From NCBI GenBank assembly GCA_963787835.1, contig CAWBEI010000006.1:128001-192000 (forward strand): a DNA stretch of 64,000 bases. Reading direction: 5' to 3'. This stretch comes from Ignavibacteriota bacterium (GTDB taxonomy: Bacteria; Bacteroidota; Ignavibacteria; Palsa-1295). Below are positions 10,189 to 21,514 of this stretch, piece by piece (position 1 is the first letter of the stretch; every line of letters begins with the position of its first letter). Both the position numbers and the translations under genes were made by a program. The notes below the pieces were generated by a model. It had not been told where the DNA came from and did not search any database. It saw nothing but the letters and a program-made list of their open reading frames with translations.

Positions 10189-10210
10189 AATTAAGAATTG
10201 AGAATTAAGA
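10189..10210. repeat. Heptamer tandem repeat (AATTAAG-AATTGAG-AATTAAG)
   Basis: An identical 22-mer occurs at 31336-31357. Confidence 0.6.
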
Positions 10211-10575
10211 ATGGGGGCTCGGTGGTTCATTGACAATCGTTGGCGGTAGGTTTCGTTATGAACGAGTCCTTTGAGAAAGCTGATTTTGCATTTCTTCCAG
10301 AACGAACGGCAAAAACAGCTTGGAAACGAGGGTGTGTCGGGAACTCGCAAGAAAAAGAAATGGCACCTATTTCTGGAAGCAAAGCTCCGGCTGTATTTCT
10401 AACAGATAATGGCAGTGTCGTGTTTGAGTGCCCGCCTTATTAGAGCAATATTGCATTTCCTAAGCAAGGTCACACATAATTGCCCAGTTTGTGGGGGTCC
10501 ATTTCGGAACTGAACGGGAAGCGAATCACCTTTATGTGCCAGTCACCGTCGTTGCCGTGACATCCTCCATTATCC

Positions 10576-12276
10576 TTGGAAATACTACACTTGCATCCCC
10601 AAAGACGAACAATTCGCATCCATTTGGCACATAAGATAACGCTGGCGTTTGCACTCGTTGCTGTTCTGATAGCTGGATTAATCGCCCTCCCCGCCTCTTC
10701 ACAGGCGCAAATGACCTCGGAGGAGCTTTATAACTCCTTTAAGAACAGCATGGGCGTCGCTGACACGGCTACGGAGAAGATCTTAGCTCGCCGCCAAACG
10801 CAAACCGAGCAGACTGCGCAAGCGCTCGAAGCACCGGTCGATCCAAATACGTACCAGCTTGGCCCTGGGGATGGGGTTTATCTTGTGGTGTATTCCATCC
10901 ATGGAATCGATCAGGATCTGATGGTTACTCCCGAAGGGCAGCTATTGATACCGAATGTTGGCGCCGTTCAGGTCTCGGGCATAACCGTAACCGAGGCGCA
11001 GAAGAGGGTGAAAGCTGCATTAGCTAAGGATTTCAAAGCGCCGGATGTCTCGCTTTCGCTTCGGAAATTGCGTCCCATCAAGGTGAATGTTATCGGCAAC
11101 GTGCTTTCACCGGGGATGCAATCGGCTACAGCGATGCAACGAGTCAGCGAGGTGATCGACCATGCCGGTGGATTTAAGACGAATTCATCGCTGAGGAATA
11201 TCGAGATCCGAACGCTTACCGGAAATATTCGGGCACATGCAGATCTTGTTCGGTACTATGCTATTGGGGATCTCAATGCAAACCCTGCGCTGGAGGCTGG
11301 CGACGTCATCGATGTGCCGACTGCCAAGAAGTACACACTCGTTGCGGGCAGCGTTGCTACACCGCAACGGATCGAATTTGTAGATGGCGACTCGCTTTCG
11401 ACGGCGTTAGCTCTATGCGGTGGGTTACTGCCAGGCTCTAATCAGGATTCTATCGAAATAGCCCGCTTCCCTGATAATGATCCAGTCCATGCGCAATGGA
11501 TATGGGTAAATTACGCTCGCGGAGAGAATCCCCTGCTTCATGAGGGAGACCAAATTTTTGTGAGAGCATACTCGCAGTTTCATGTTCCGAGAATTGTCAG
11601 CATTGGAGGCCAAGTGCCATTCCCCGGTGATTATCCGATCCAGCCGGGAACTACGCGCTTAAAGGATATTCTGGAGGGTGCCGGTGGAATCCTTCCGAAT
11701 GCATCGCTGGATCAGGCACGGCTCATTCGGCGAGCAGGCGTTAATAATTTCAGCAACGATCTCGAACTTCAACGCATTCAAACGCTCTCAGCCCTTCGAA
11801 AGGAAGGCCTTACCGATGAGCAGTATAACTATTATGCATCCCATTTCCTCATGTTTTCGATGGTCGTCGATTTCAAAGCGCTGCTTAATGGTGATCAGTC
11901 CCAAAACATATTAATGCGGGAACAGGATTCCATTTACATTCCGCGAGCCATGGGTTTTGTCACGGTATCGGGAAGCGTCATCCGGCAAGGAAATGTAGAG
12001 TTCATCCAGGGAGGCACCTGGCAAGATTATATCAACAAAGCTGGAGGGTTCGCATCGGACGCCGATCGCTCGGCGATCCGGGTGGTCAATCCCCAGACAG
12101 GCTCTTATACCGATCCCCGTTCCGAGTCTAATTATGGAATTGAATCCGGTGATATGATCATCGTGCCACGCGAAGAGCCACATTTTTGGAAAGATGTGGC
12201 TGCTGGCGCACTTATTACAGCTCAGATCATCACCATCCTCGCAGGTGTTATTTTCTTGGTTAAGAACGGTCTATAA
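10576..12276 (+). CDS. Polysaccharide export protein with SLBB repeats (Wza/KpsD-like)
   Basis: YQLGPGD, G..IPNVG and repeated V.V.G.V..PG / AGG SLBB units. Confidence 0.85.
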   Translation: MEILHLHPQRRTIRIHLAHKITLAFALVAVLIAGLIALPASSQAQMTSEELYNSFKNSMGVADTATEKILARRQTQTEQTAQALEAPVDPNTYQLGPGDGVYLVVYSIHGIDQDLMVTPEGQLLIPNVGAVQVSGITVTEAQKRVKAALAKDFKAPDVSLSLRKLRPIKVNVIGNVLSPGMQSATAMQRVSEVIDHAGGFKTNSSLRNIEIRTLTGNIRAHADLVRYYAIGDLNANPALEAGDVIDVPTAKKYTLVAGSVATPQRIEFVDGDSLSTALALCGGLLPGSNQDSIEIARFPDNDPVHAQWIWVNYARGENPLLHEGDQIFVRAYSQFHVPRIVSIGGQVPFPGDYPIQPGTTRLKDILEGAGGILPNASLDQARLIRRAGVNNFSNDLELQRIQTLSALRKEGLTDEQYNYYASHFLMFSMVVDFKALLNGDQSQNILMREQDSIYIPRAMGFVTVSGSVIRQGNVEFIQGGTWQDYINKAGGFASDADRSAIRVVNPQTGSYTDPRSESNYGIESGDMIIVPREEPHFWKDVAAGALITAQIITILAGVIFLVKNGL

Positions 12277-13535
12277 TGAGCCAGACAGAAAACATTCCCA
12301 TGGATCAATCGAATTCCGGAACTGCGGGCTCGTATAGCGTTCTCAGCAATCTCGCCCGGCATTGGCGCCGCGTAGGGATGATCGCTCTGCTCGGCGCCGT
12401 TCTTTTACTCCTTTTTTCTTTCACACGCCCTGCCACGTATGTCGCAACGGTAACGGTGCTGCCTCCGGAACACGAAGGATCGGGTGGCATGCTTGCGTTC
12501 CTCAGCAGTTCGGCTTCAAGCGCCCTGGATCTGCTCAAAGGCGGAATTGCAGAGAACCCTACGCTCGATCTTTTTAAGACGATCATTGAATCACGTTCCA
12601 TTTCTGAGGACGTTGCTGCCGATCCCACAGTTCGGAATTATTTCCTCCATCGGGATACGAGTTATAAAGCCATGGTCGATGTGCTACAAAATAGTATTAA
12701 AAGCGATGCACTTCGAACCGGGATGATGACCGTGACGGTCGATCTAAATGCTCCAGCGTTTTCTTCTCGTGTTTCACAGGATTCTGCCCGGCGCATGAGC
12801 GCCTACGTCGCGAATAAGTTTGTTGAGGCCCTGGATCGTTTTAATCGTGACCGCCTCATGACAAGCGCCAAGAACACCAGAATATTCATGGAGGCTGAGT
12901 ATAAATCTAAGAAAGTGGAGCTCGATAGCGCCTATGGACGCCTCGAACAGTTCCAAGAGACCCACGAAGCGATCTCACTTCCGGAACAGCTTGCCGCTAC
13001 CGTTACTGCTGCAGCCAAATTGACAAGCCAGAAACAACAGCTCGAAATGGAGCGGAACGTCGAGTCTCACGAACTTGGTCCGAACTCCCCACGGATTCAG
13101 GCGCTTGGTGCCGAGGTGGAGGCCGCACAGCAGGAACTGAATAAATACGATAGCGGTGGCGCCGGGGAATATATTCTGGCCTTGAAGAGCGCTCCGGCAC
13201 TTACTCGGGAACTCGCAGGATATCTGCGTGAGGTTAAAGTTCTCGAACAAGTCTCAGCGTACCTCCGTGAAGAGTTGGAGCAGGAAAGAATATCGGAGCA
13301 GCGCGACCTTCCCTCCCTTCAAGTTCTAGATGCCGCACAAGTTCCAACTGAGCGCTCGTCCCCCAGCCGAACCATTTACGCCGGGATCGGGCTGATCCTG
13401 GGTCTGATTTTTGGTATAGCATTCGTCACTTTCCAGGGTTTTAAAAGCGATGTAGCTGCACATCCAGAGGCTCACTCTCGACTGCTCCAGGTTCTCCACG
13501 CCATGCGTCTGGGGAAAAAGCGATCCAACAATTAA
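12276..13535 (+). CDS. Polysaccharide co-polymerase / chain-length determinant (Wzz/GumC-like)
   Basis: N-terminal TM plus YVATVTVLPP, coiled-coil middle, VLDAAQVP..RSSPSR plus C-terminal TM. Confidence 0.85.
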   Translation: MSQTENIPMDQSNSGTAGSYSVLSNLARHWRRVGMIALLGAVLLLLFSFTRPATYVATVTVLPPEHEGSGGMLAFLSSSASSALDLLKGGIAENPTLDLFKTIIESRSISEDVAADPTVRNYFLHRDTSYKAMVDVLQNSIKSDALRTGMMTVTVDLNAPAFSSRVSQDSARRMSAYVANKFVEALDRFNRDRLMTSAKNTRIFMEAEYKSKKVELDSAYGRLEQFQETHEAISLPEQLAATVTAAAKLTSQKQQLEMERNVESHELGPNSPRIQALGAEVEAAQQELNKYDSGGAGEYILALKSAPALTRELAGYLREVKVLEQVSAYLREELEQERISEQRDLPSLQVLDAAQVPTERSSPSRTIYAGIGLILGLIFGIAFVTFQGFKSDVAAHPEAHSRLLQVLHAMRLGKKRSNN

Positions 13536-13559
13536 GTAATAGCCTGGAAGGGAAAGCAC

Positions 13560-14753
13560 ATGCGGACTTTGATCGTGAATTCTATGTTCGCAAGCTCGGT
13601 CTATCGCCGATGCGCTGACGAGTTGGGCACTATTCCAGGCATGGAACTTACGGTTCTTACGGTCGATGCCTGGCGAATGAATGGGCGCCCTATGCCGTTC
13701 GATGCGATCGCTTCATCGGCGCCATACGCAACCGTGATCGGCGAAGCGGGTTGGCGAGGCTATGAGAATCGCGGCTTTTATCGTTCCGGATTGCGTAGAG
13801 CGTTCGAATTGTCACGACTGGATGTGCTCTTTCTGATGGAGGAGCCGTTTTCCGTTTTCGCCGCCGAGATCCTTCTTGCAAAAGCAATTTATGCACCACG
13901 AACTCCTGCTGTATTCTTTACCTGGAACAATCTCTCACTTACGGAATTCGATTACAGCCCATCTTTTTTTTATCGCACCGTTGCTCGACAAACACTTTCG
14001 AGAATGCACTATGGCCTGACGGCAAATTTTGATGGGATTGATGTATTACGCCGCGTCGGATATAAAAATCCCATTCGAAACATTGGATATGGAGTTGATA
14101 CATCCTCGTATAGCACCCCGCGTCCAGATCGCGTTTGTGAGATCCGCACTTCTCTAAATATTTCACCAGAGGAGATAGTCATTGGCTACGTCGGTCGCAT
14201 GATGGAGATGAAAGGCGTTGATCTGCTGATCGAGGCATACGCTCGATTGAAAAGGGATCATCCAGAGCTGCGGACACGACTGCTTCTCATCGGAAGCGGC
14301 GAAGCTGAAAAAACATTCTTACAAATGGCGGAAACTCTCGGCATTTCCTCTGACATTCGCCATGTTCCATCCCTTCCTCATAAGGAAGTACCTGACTACA
14401 TGCATGCGCTCGATATTCTTGTACTTCCAAGCCGGCGTAAAGCGATGTGGGCGGAACAATTCGGACGTGTGCTTGTCGAGGCAATGGCCGCTGGGAAGAT
14501 CGTGATCGGATCATCTTCTGGTGCTATCCCGGAGGTGATAGGTAATGCCGGTTTTATTTTCACGGAAAATGATTCCGTTGCATTAACATCTACACTGCTT
14601 CAGGCATTGATATTAGATACTGCCGCCCGTATAACCCTGCTTGAACACGCTCATGAACGCGCAAATTACTTTAGCTGGAAACGTTTTGCGAACGATGCAT
14701 TCGAGGCAATCGCTTATTGTCACGATATCAGAACAAATCCGTCTAAAGCTTAG
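13560..14753 (+). CDS. GT4-family glycosyltransferase
   Basis: IGYVGR..EMKGV, LVLPS...EQFGRVLVEAMAAG. Confidence 0.9.
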   Translation: MRTLIVNSMFASSVYRRCADELGTIPGMELTVLTVDAWRMNGRPMPFDAIASSAPYATVIGEAGWRGYENRGFYRSGLRRAFELSRLDVLFLMEEPFSVFAAEILLAKAIYAPRTPAVFFTWNNLSLTEFDYSPSFFYRTVARQTLSRMHYGLTANFDGIDVLRRVGYKNPIRNIGYGVDTSSYSTPRPDRVCEIRTSLNISPEEIVIGYVGRMMEMKGVDLLIEAYARLKRDHPELRTRLLLIGSGEAEKTFLQMAETLGISSDIRHVPSLPHKEVPDYMHALDILVLPSRRKAMWAEQFGRVLVEAMAAGKIVIGSSSGAIPEVIGNAGFIFTENDSVALTSTLLQALILDTAARITLLEHAHERANYFSWKRFANDAFEAIAYCHDIRTNPSKA

Positions 14754-14755
14754 AG

Positions 14756-16402
14756 ATGCCAGCACATCGTATTACAAAAGGCTTTGCCTGGAATCATCTC
14801 TATAAGTTAATAGAGTATGGCGGATTAAGCCTGTATGCTATTCTCGTCGGGCGAAAATTCGGGCCGGAAATAAGTGGAAATTACGCAGTGTTCCTCTCGA
14901 TAAGCGGGACATTAGCGATCATCGGAGCATTCGCAGTAGATGGCGTTCTTCTCCGCTATCTACCGAGAATTCTCCGTGGCGAACGAAAATTCGGCGAAGC
15001 AAAAGTGGAAGGGATTCGCCCTTTCCTGATAGAGTTGTTAGCGTTTCGGTTGTTCGTGAATCTTATTTTAGCGGCATTAGTCATTCTGGTGCTTGTAATA
15101 CTTCCCGGTTACTCCACCGCGCTATCGGCATCTCTTGGCAATATTCAGCACCTTTGGCCATATTTTATTATATTCCTTTTTGGGCAGGCCGCTGTTGCAT
15201 TCTCTACATTTACATTGATTGGCTTATTACAAGTTCAATGGGTATTCTATGCCAGCCTGATCTCTCGAATGGCGTTGCTCGCAGCCGGGCTGATCTTCAT
15301 CTTTACCGGAACTCTCTCGATCGATGGCGCGATCGCGCTTCATGCCTTTTCCGCGATATTGAATGGAGCTATCCTTGTTTATCTGGTGAACCGTCACGTC
15401 GAACCCGGATCAAGCAGAGGTTTACGAGAGGAGTTCAGCCATTTTCGAAAACATCTCGGGGAGTTTATTAGCAAGCCTAACAGGGTACGAGTTTTTATCC
15501 TATTGCCATTCATGATCTATGGAGTCACCACATGGGGCAATGACATTCTTAGCACGGTGCTTGGCCGGCAACCGGACATCCTGATGATGCGAGCCTTGCT
15601 TGGCGAGAACGCACGCGATATTGGCCTTTATGATGCTGCTGCCAGACTTGCTCAAATGGCAGAGTACATTTTCCTGTTCGGTCTTGGAGGTGCACTCGTA
15701 AGTGTATTTAGTGAAATATCCCACGATGATGAGCACAATGCACCAGCGGCACAAAACGCAAAACTCCACCAATTTAACTACCCGAGGCTTGCGAACGCCC
15801 GCCGGGAAATTTCCGGATATCAGACATTAAGCACGACACCTCTTTTTGCCTTCATGATGGTGTTTTCTCCACTTGTGATCAACGTGGTGTATGGTTCAAA
15901 ATTTGAGGGTGCTCAACATTTGCTGTTGGCAAGTCTTATTCTCCAAACCATAACCGTTGTGGTTTTTGGAGGTGGAATGCATGTGACCACCCTCGTCGCG
16001 ATCGGAAAGGAGCGTGTTGTTTTTGTCAACCGGCTTTGCTGGGGACTTCTTAATCTTGTTGCAAACTATTTCCTCATTAAATCCTACGGCGGACTCGGCG
16101 CAATCATAGGAACGCAATGCGCCAATGCGGGCGCGTGCGCAACAGAAAGCTTTTTTTCGGCGCGATGGATCGGTCAAAGTTTGCGCCCATTTCGATCTCT
16201 TGCTATTCTCAGTATCGTGACGGTAAGCGTACTCCTCACCTATATAACAGGAGAGGTATTACCACTGCACCTTGCTCCAGTATTTCGCCTTGTGGCGTTG
16301 GCGCTCGAAATGGCCGTTCTTACCATCGGAGGTTATCTGAGCTTCCGAATTCCCGAAGCAAGTAAAGTATTAGGAAAGATCCGTTCGTTATTTGGTAAAT
16401 AG
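14756..16402 (+). CDS. Polysaccharide flippase (Wzx/MATE-like)
   Basis: Many TM helices, IGLYDAA motif, located in a polysaccharide cluster. Confidence 0.8.
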   Translation: MPAHRITKGFAWNHLYKLIEYGGLSLYAILVGRKFGPEISGNYAVFLSISGTLAIIGAFAVDGVLLRYLPRILRGERKFGEAKVEGIRPFLIELLAFRLFVNLILAALVILVLVILPGYSTALSASLGNIQHLWPYFIIFLFGQAAVAFSTFTLIGLLQVQWVFYASLISRMALLAAGLIFIFTGTLSIDGAIALHAFSAILNGAILVYLVNRHVEPGSSRGLREEFSHFRKHLGEFISKPNRVRVFILLPFMIYGVTTWGNDILSTVLGRQPDILMMRALLGENARDIGLYDAAARLAQMAEYIFLFGLGGALVSVFSEISHDDEHNAPAAQNAKLHQFNYPRLANARREISGYQTLSTTPLFAFMMVFSPLVINVVYGSKFEGAQHLLLASLILQTITVVVFGGGMHVTTLVAIGKERVVFVNRLCWGLLNLVANYFLIKSYGGLGAIIGTQCANAGACATESFFSARWIGQSLRPFRSLAILSIVTVSVLLTYITGEVLPLHLAPVFRLVALALEMAVLTIGGYLSFRIPEASKVLGKIRSLFGK

Positions 16403-16503
16403 AAGCTAAGCCACTCGATATATAACATACATGGAGAAACAATATACCTGGAGGGCTCGTTGTGTAGCAAGTTAGTACACGTGCTTTCTACAACTTAATC
16501 ACT

Positions 16504-17940
16504 GTGATGTCTATCTATAAAACATCTCTCCTGATTGCTATTCTCACCCACTTGCTTTTACTTCCTATTAGAGCGAGTTCCATGGCTGCCAGAGTGACTA
16601 ATTCGCTTTTCTCCGATCACTCTGCAAAACAATTACCTTATCTTGTTCCCGCAATAGATACTCCGGTAACCGATACCACTCTAAATAGCGATACGTTACA
16701 ATTTAACTTGAACGACGGAATCGTTCGTAAACATAATCCCACCCATGTTTATAATGTTTCGGAGATCGAGAACGGACGGCAGGTGCCCTACCTTGAGAAC
16801 TTTTCCATGATGGATTTTAACCGGGTTACTGGATACTATCTTGGTTTAGGGACACCGGGCTCGGTAGATATTGGTCGTCATGATGAGCTTGGGCTGGATG
16901 GAAGCTTCGGATATGGTTTTGCGTCGCGCAGATGGGAATACCGGCTTGGTGGGGAATTCCGATTGCCACTCGCAGATACAAAGTCAATCGAACAAGACAC
17001 CACTTTCAAGCACCACCTGTATTCCCCTCCCACATTAGCGGTGGGCGCTGCATTCCATAATATTACATCAACGGACGATGCCTGGCGAGAAAGCCGTCTT
17101 GAAAACGCCCTTGATGCCTTCTTCGCGCGAGAGGATTTCCGTAACTACTACAAACTTGCAGGCTGGGATGCTTATCTCGCTTTCCGTCCGAGACAAAATA
17201 CGGAATTACGGATCGATTGGCGAAGTGATGATTATCAATCACTCGCTCAAGAAGTTTTCTATGGAAGATTTGGTGGTAATAAGGTACTTCCGCCTAACCC
17301 AACTATTGCAGAGGGGAATATGAATTCCCTTGTTGTCACTGCACAAGATGAACATGTGCGTACTCGTTATAAAAGTACCACCAACATCTTCGGTGATAGT
17401 GTTGAGATCGAGCAATTGAAAGGATGCAGCAGTCTACTACAGGTCGAACTTGGGCACATGCCAGCCTCCGATTTCGGATTTAACCGCTATCTGCTCGATA
17501 CCCGTTCATTCAATCCAATCCTTCATGGTCTGAGCTTCGATGCACGCTTCCGTTTCGAAGCAACTACTGGCGACATGTTACCGCAAAAGATGGAGTATCT
17601 CGGGGGTCCTGGTTCCCTCCCCGCCTTCTATCAATTTGATTTTGCCGGGAACAGGATGCTCCTTCTCAACACAGAAGTCAGGCTCAGTCTCAACATGCTC
17701 TCTTCATTTTTTCATTCGCCGGATTTCAATTTTGTGATCTACAATGACTTTGCAAAAATGGGTTTGGCCAGCGATGGCGAATCGATACTCCAGGGATTTC
17801 AATTCAGTGGTGCTTCCTCCATTCTTTACAATGTAGGTGTAGGGCTTGGGTGGACCAGCGGCATTCAGGTCGGTGCAACCTGGCGCACTGACATTAAAGC
17901 AGATCCACGAGTGATCTTCAGGCTTGAGCGCCCGTTTTAA
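16504..17940 (+). CDS. Outer-membrane beta-barrel protein (Omp85/BamA-TamA-like barrel, no clear POTRA)
   Basis: Signal peptide; FNRVTG, YLGGPGSLPAF...FAGNRMLLLNTEVR loop; C-terminal F. Confidence 0.6.
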   Translation: MMSIYKTSLLIAILTHLLLLPIRASSMAARVTNSLFSDHSAKQLPYLVPAIDTPVTDTTLNSDTLQFNLNDGIVRKHNPTHVYNVSEIENGRQVPYLENFSMMDFNRVTGYYLGLGTPGSVDIGRHDELGLDGSFGYGFASRRWEYRLGGEFRLPLADTKSIEQDTTFKHHLYSPPTLAVGAAFHNITSTDDAWRESRLENALDAFFAREDFRNYYKLAGWDAYLAFRPRQNTELRIDWRSDDYQSLAQEVFYGRFGGNKVLPPNPTIAEGNMNSLVVTAQDEHVRTRYKSTTNIFGDSVEIEQLKGCSSLLQVELGHMPASDFGFNRYLLDTRSFNPILHGLSFDARFRFEATTGDMLPQKMEYLGGPGSLPAFYQFDFAGNRMLLLNTEVRLSLNMLSSFFHSPDFNFVIYNDFAKMGLASDGESILQGFQFSGASSILYNVGVGLGWTSGIQVGATWRTDIKADPRVIFRLERPF

Positions 17941-18388
17941 TTCGTTTTTTTTGAAAATATCCCTGCATTAACGATGCACACTCTTCATCCAGCACACCGG
18001 GAACGATGCGAACTCGGTGGTTTAGCCGGGGATCTTCCGGGATATTAAATAACGTTCCGCAAGCTCCAGCCTTAATATCATAGGCTCCGAACACGAGTTG
18101 TGCAATACGTGCGAGCACCATGGCTCCTGCACACATTGCGCACGGCTCGATCGTGACGTAGAGTGTCGTTTCAGTCAGGTACCGTGATTCCAAGGCCGCA
18201 CTTGCAGAAGTAATGGCCATCATCTCGGCATGTGCGGTGGCATCTTTTAATTGCTCGGTTAAATTATGTCCCTTTGCAACGATCTTATCGTCACGAACAA
18301 TAACACACCCAACGGGAACCTCATCAAGCTCGAAGGCTTTATGAGCCTCGGTCAAGGCCTGCCTCATCCAATACTCGTGTGAGAACAA
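17918..18388 (-). CDS. tadA: tRNA adenosine(34) deaminase
   Basis: EVPVG, AHAE and EPCAMCAGA motifs. Confidence 0.9.
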   Translation of the reverse strand: MFSHEYWMRQALTEAHKAFELDEVPVGCVIVRDDKIVAKGHNLTEQLKDATAHAEMMAITSASAALESRYLTETTLYVTIEPCAMCAGAMVLARIAQLVFGAYDIKAGACGTLFNIPEDPRLNHRVRIVPGVLDEECASLMQGYFQKKRIKTGAQA

Positions 18389-18416
18389 TAGCGAATATTT
18401 AAGTTAACTAAAGTAA

Positions 18417-19805
18417 CTATGGCTGGGTCTGCAACCTGGGATTTCCAAGCTTGTCGGCATTCGGCGGGTTTGCCATGAAAGCGGCCTTGCTCATCGCAAC
18501 ACCAAGCACATAGTGTTTATTTTGTATGTAGCGACGAACATAGTCAGCAATATCCTTCTTTGTAACTTTACTCAGATCATCGAGATAGTGTTGATAGTAA
18601 TCCAAACCCGCAGCCGCCCACCAAAAAGCAAGGTCATGGGAAAAGGAGCTTAATTTCTCGCTCTTAAGCAGAGTCTGAGAACGCAGTAAATTTTTGGCTG
18701 TTTCAAGTTCTTCGTCACTGAAATAATCTGTGTCATCGAACTTTGCAACTTGCTGCCAAAATACTTTCATTGTCTGATCGAGGTTTTGCGGAGTGGTAAC
18801 AATATCCGTCTTAATATCTCCTACATAACGCTGCGTATAATACCAGAACGTTAAGCTCTGTGCAAGCCCGCTTTCTGTTAACGATTTGCTAAATTGATGC
18901 TCCGGCTGCGTAATAATATTACTGAACACATCGGCAACATAGGTTCCCTTGTCATTAAGCCCGATGGATGGCCCATGCCAATAGACTTTCACAAATGCAT
19001 GAGGATCGTCGATCGTATCTTGCACATAGAGCGAATGATCGAGCGGCGGAACTCGCTGCGGAGGGTTGGAGGCAAAAGGATCCGGCCCGCGCTGCCATCG
19101 CATAAAATACTTTGGCGCAAGCTTCCGGACATCCTCTGCTTTTACATCACCGGAAACGATGAGGAGGGAATTGTTGGGAAGATAATATTTACCCTTGATA
19201 AAAAGCATCTTCTCACGAGTCGCTGCCAAAATAGCCGGACGTTCACCGAGGGGCTCCTTACGGGACATCCAGGCGCCCCATAATGCGCTATCTTCTTTCC
19301 GAGTGAATTTAAAGTAGGGGCTGGCCTCATCGCGATCGAACTCACCCAGCACGACCTCCTTTTGTTTGTGAAGTTCATCAGGCTTGAACAACGGTGAGGT
19401 GATTGCCGTAGCCATGAAATCAAGGCCTGGTTCAAGATTCTCTTTCGGAAGTGTAAAATAATACTCTACTTGTTCTTCGTGAGTTTCGCCATTATAAACA
19501 ATCCCCAGATCATCAACACGGTTCAGAAAATCATCCTCAGTGGTGTCGCGCGCATTCGAGGTAAAGAACATGTGCTCGTAGAGATGCGAAAGGCCATTGT
19601 ATTCTGGCGGCTCTGTAAATGAACCGTTCTTGACTGCAATCTCGATCGTAACGATAGGGGTAAGATGGTTCTCAACGACGAGAACTTCCAGACCATTATC
19701 CAGTTTGAATCTTGTCCAGGGAGGTAACTGAGCAAAAATTGAAACAGGATGTAATATCAGCAGGAATAGCGCAAACGATCCAATGTGGCGAAATGAGGAT
19801 TTCAT
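18417..19805 (-). CDS. M16 (pitrilysin-like) zinc peptidase
   Basis: LDNGL, GLSHLYEHM (HxxEH); signal peptide from MKSSF. Confidence 0.9.
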   Translation of the reverse strand: MKSSFRHIGSFALFLLILHPVSIFAQLPPWTRFKLDNGLEVLVVENHLTPIVTIEIAVKNGSFTEPPEYNGLSHLYEHMFFTSNARDTTEDDFLNRVDDLGIVYNGETHEEQVEYYFTLPKENLEPGLDFMATAITSPLFKPDELHKQKEVVLGEFDRDEASPYFKFTRKEDSALWGAWMSRKEPLGERPAILAATREKMLFIKGKYYLPNNSLLIVSGDVKAEDVRKLAPKYFMRWQRGPDPFASNPPQRVPPLDHSLYVQDTIDDPHAFVKVYWHGPSIGLNDKGTYVADVFSNIITQPEHQFSKSLTESGLAQSLTFWYYTQRYVGDIKTDIVTTPQNLDQTMKVFWQQVAKFDDTDYFSDEELETAKNLLRSQTLLKSEKLSSFSHDLAFWWAAAGLDYYQHYLDDLSKVTKKDIADYVRRYIQNKHYVLGVAMSKAAFMANPPNADKLGNPRLQTQP

Positions 19806-19883
19806 ATAGGAATGTTGGTTACGATGAGGCTCGAAAAATGTAACACCCGGCAAATATGAGTGATTCAGTCCGTTTTAATAACT

Positions 19884-21467
19884 CTATTTACGCGAAAAGT
19901 TCACGAGACGAAGCAAAGCAAGATCCTGAAGGTTGCTCGCTTCCCGCACAGGCACTGTGAAATTGTTTCCGATCATTGAAAAAGCAAGTAATTCACCGTC
20001 TCGTGTCTTCAGATACCCCGAAACAGATCGGTCACCAGTAAGAAAGCCCGTTTTTGCATGAACATTTCCTACAGCCGCTGTCCCTTTCATCCGAGAAGCG
20101 AGCGTACCATCGATGCCCATGATGGGCAGCGATGAATAAAAGGCATCGAAAAGCTCTGGCTTCCTATACATCGCGTCAAGTAGGGTTACAATGTTATCAC
20201 TGCTGACAAGATCCATTCGTGATAATCCAGAACCATCGGCGATAAGAACGAACGATGTGTCGATCCCAATAGATGATAAATATCGTTTCATTACCTGAGT
20301 TCCAACAGTCCAACTGCCCTGCCCTCCAATTTCCTTCGCGACGGTTCGGAACAGTTGTTCGGCAATGAGATTATCGGACTGCTTATCCATTATTTTCACG
20401 ATGTCCGATAATGGCGGACTGGTGTAACTTATCAGAACTCGGGCTTTCAAAAATGGATATGGTTTTGTTGATTCTCGCGAAGTCCGGGTTTCGCCCGAAA
20501 CCTGAATTCCATGTTCTTCCAGCGTTTCGCGAAAAAGGGTAGCGGCATATAGTGTCGGATCCTCAACCGATAACTGTTGATTCGTCGCGGTGCAGTGTAA
20601 AGGCATGTCTCCTTTTATTAAGATGGCATTACCACCCATTTCTCTGGTAATATCAATGCCCGAGGTACCGGTTGCAACCACGGAATCCCGAGAATTCGAT
20701 CGTTTAAGCGTAATAGAATCCGCTTTTGTATGGCCATAATTATCCACCGATACGTAATCCGTATTCGGATTGATCTCATAACGAGCTGCTGAACCAACAG
20801 CAGAGCCAGGAGTCACAGTAACAGAAACCTGATCCTCATTGAAGACAAGGGCTGAACTCTGCATCGCAAAATAATATGGAAGATCCTCCACGTTCCACCC
20901 AGCCGGATAATAGTCCGGCGTAAAATAAGAATCATCTCCGATTATTGCCCCTGAGATTCTCCGAATGCCGAGTTGAGCTAGCGAATCAGCCCAGGTATCG
21001 AACAAGGATGGCTGTGTGGAGTCAAGAGCGAAAAGCTCCGAACCGAAGGTGGGATCTCCAGCCCCCCGGATAACAAGGTCGCCTCGGAGTGTGCCGTCCG
21101 AAAGGATGCGTCCTGTGGTCAGCAAATCGGTGGTATAACGAAAAGAAGGGCCGAGTAAGGAAAGTGCTTCGGCGGCAGTAAAAAGTTTGAAGTTCGAAGC
21201 CGGCAAAAGGCTTTTAGAGCCGTTGAATCTATAAAGAATTTTTCCGGTCTCCATCGACTGCACCGTGACTCCCCATAGAGCATTGGAAAAATGAGGATCG
21301 TTGAAAATGCCGGTGAGGTCGTGTACAAGTTCTGCTTCAGCTCCATGATCCGGCGTAAAAGCGGGAGTGGAGATCCCCTGATTACCCTGTGCATATAGAC
21401 AGGCTGCCGTTGAAATCAATATTTCGAATGCCAGAATAATTGTTCGATGAAATGGAATCCCGCGCAC
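19884..21467 (-). CDS. dacB: D-Ala-D-Ala carboxypeptidase/endopeptidase (S13, PBP4)
   Basis: PASNFK (SxxK), SDN, DGSGLSR and AKTG motifs. Confidence 0.9.
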   Translation of the reverse strand: MRGIPFHRTIILAFEILISTAACLYAQGNQGISTPAFTPDHGAEAELVHDLTGIFNDPHFSNALWGVTVQSMETGKILYRFNGSKSLLPASNFKLFTAAEALSLLGPSFRYTTDLLTTGRILSDGTLRGDLVIRGAGDPTFGSELFALDSTQPSLFDTWADSLAQLGIRRISGAIIGDDSYFTPDYYPAGWNVEDLPYYFAMQSSALVFNEDQVSVTVTPGSAVGSAARYEINPNTDYVSVDNYGHTKADSITLKRSNSRDSVVATGTSGIDITREMGGNAILIKGDMPLHCTATNQQLSVEDPTLYAATLFRETLEEHGIQVSGETRTSRESTKPYPFLKARVLISYTSPPLSDIVKIMDKQSDNLIAEQLFRTVAKEIGGQGSWTVGTQVMKRYLSSIGIDTSFVLIADGSGLSRMDLVSSDNIVTLLDAMYRKPELFDAFYSSLPIMGIDGTLASRMKGTAAVGNVHAKTGFLTGDRSVSGYLKTRDGELLAFSMIGNNFTVPVREASNLQDLALLRLVNFSRK

Positions 21468-21514
21468 GATTGTTTGAACGTCTGTTTAGCACCCAAACAA
21501 GCAGAACCACACTT

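Noticed and set aside
10242-10249. GGCGGTAG, the core of an RfaH ops element, upstream of the polysaccharide cluster
   Set aside because: It lacks the downstream nnTG and JUMPstart context and sits inside a probable promoter (TTGACA at 10230-10235). An 8-mer match can be chance.
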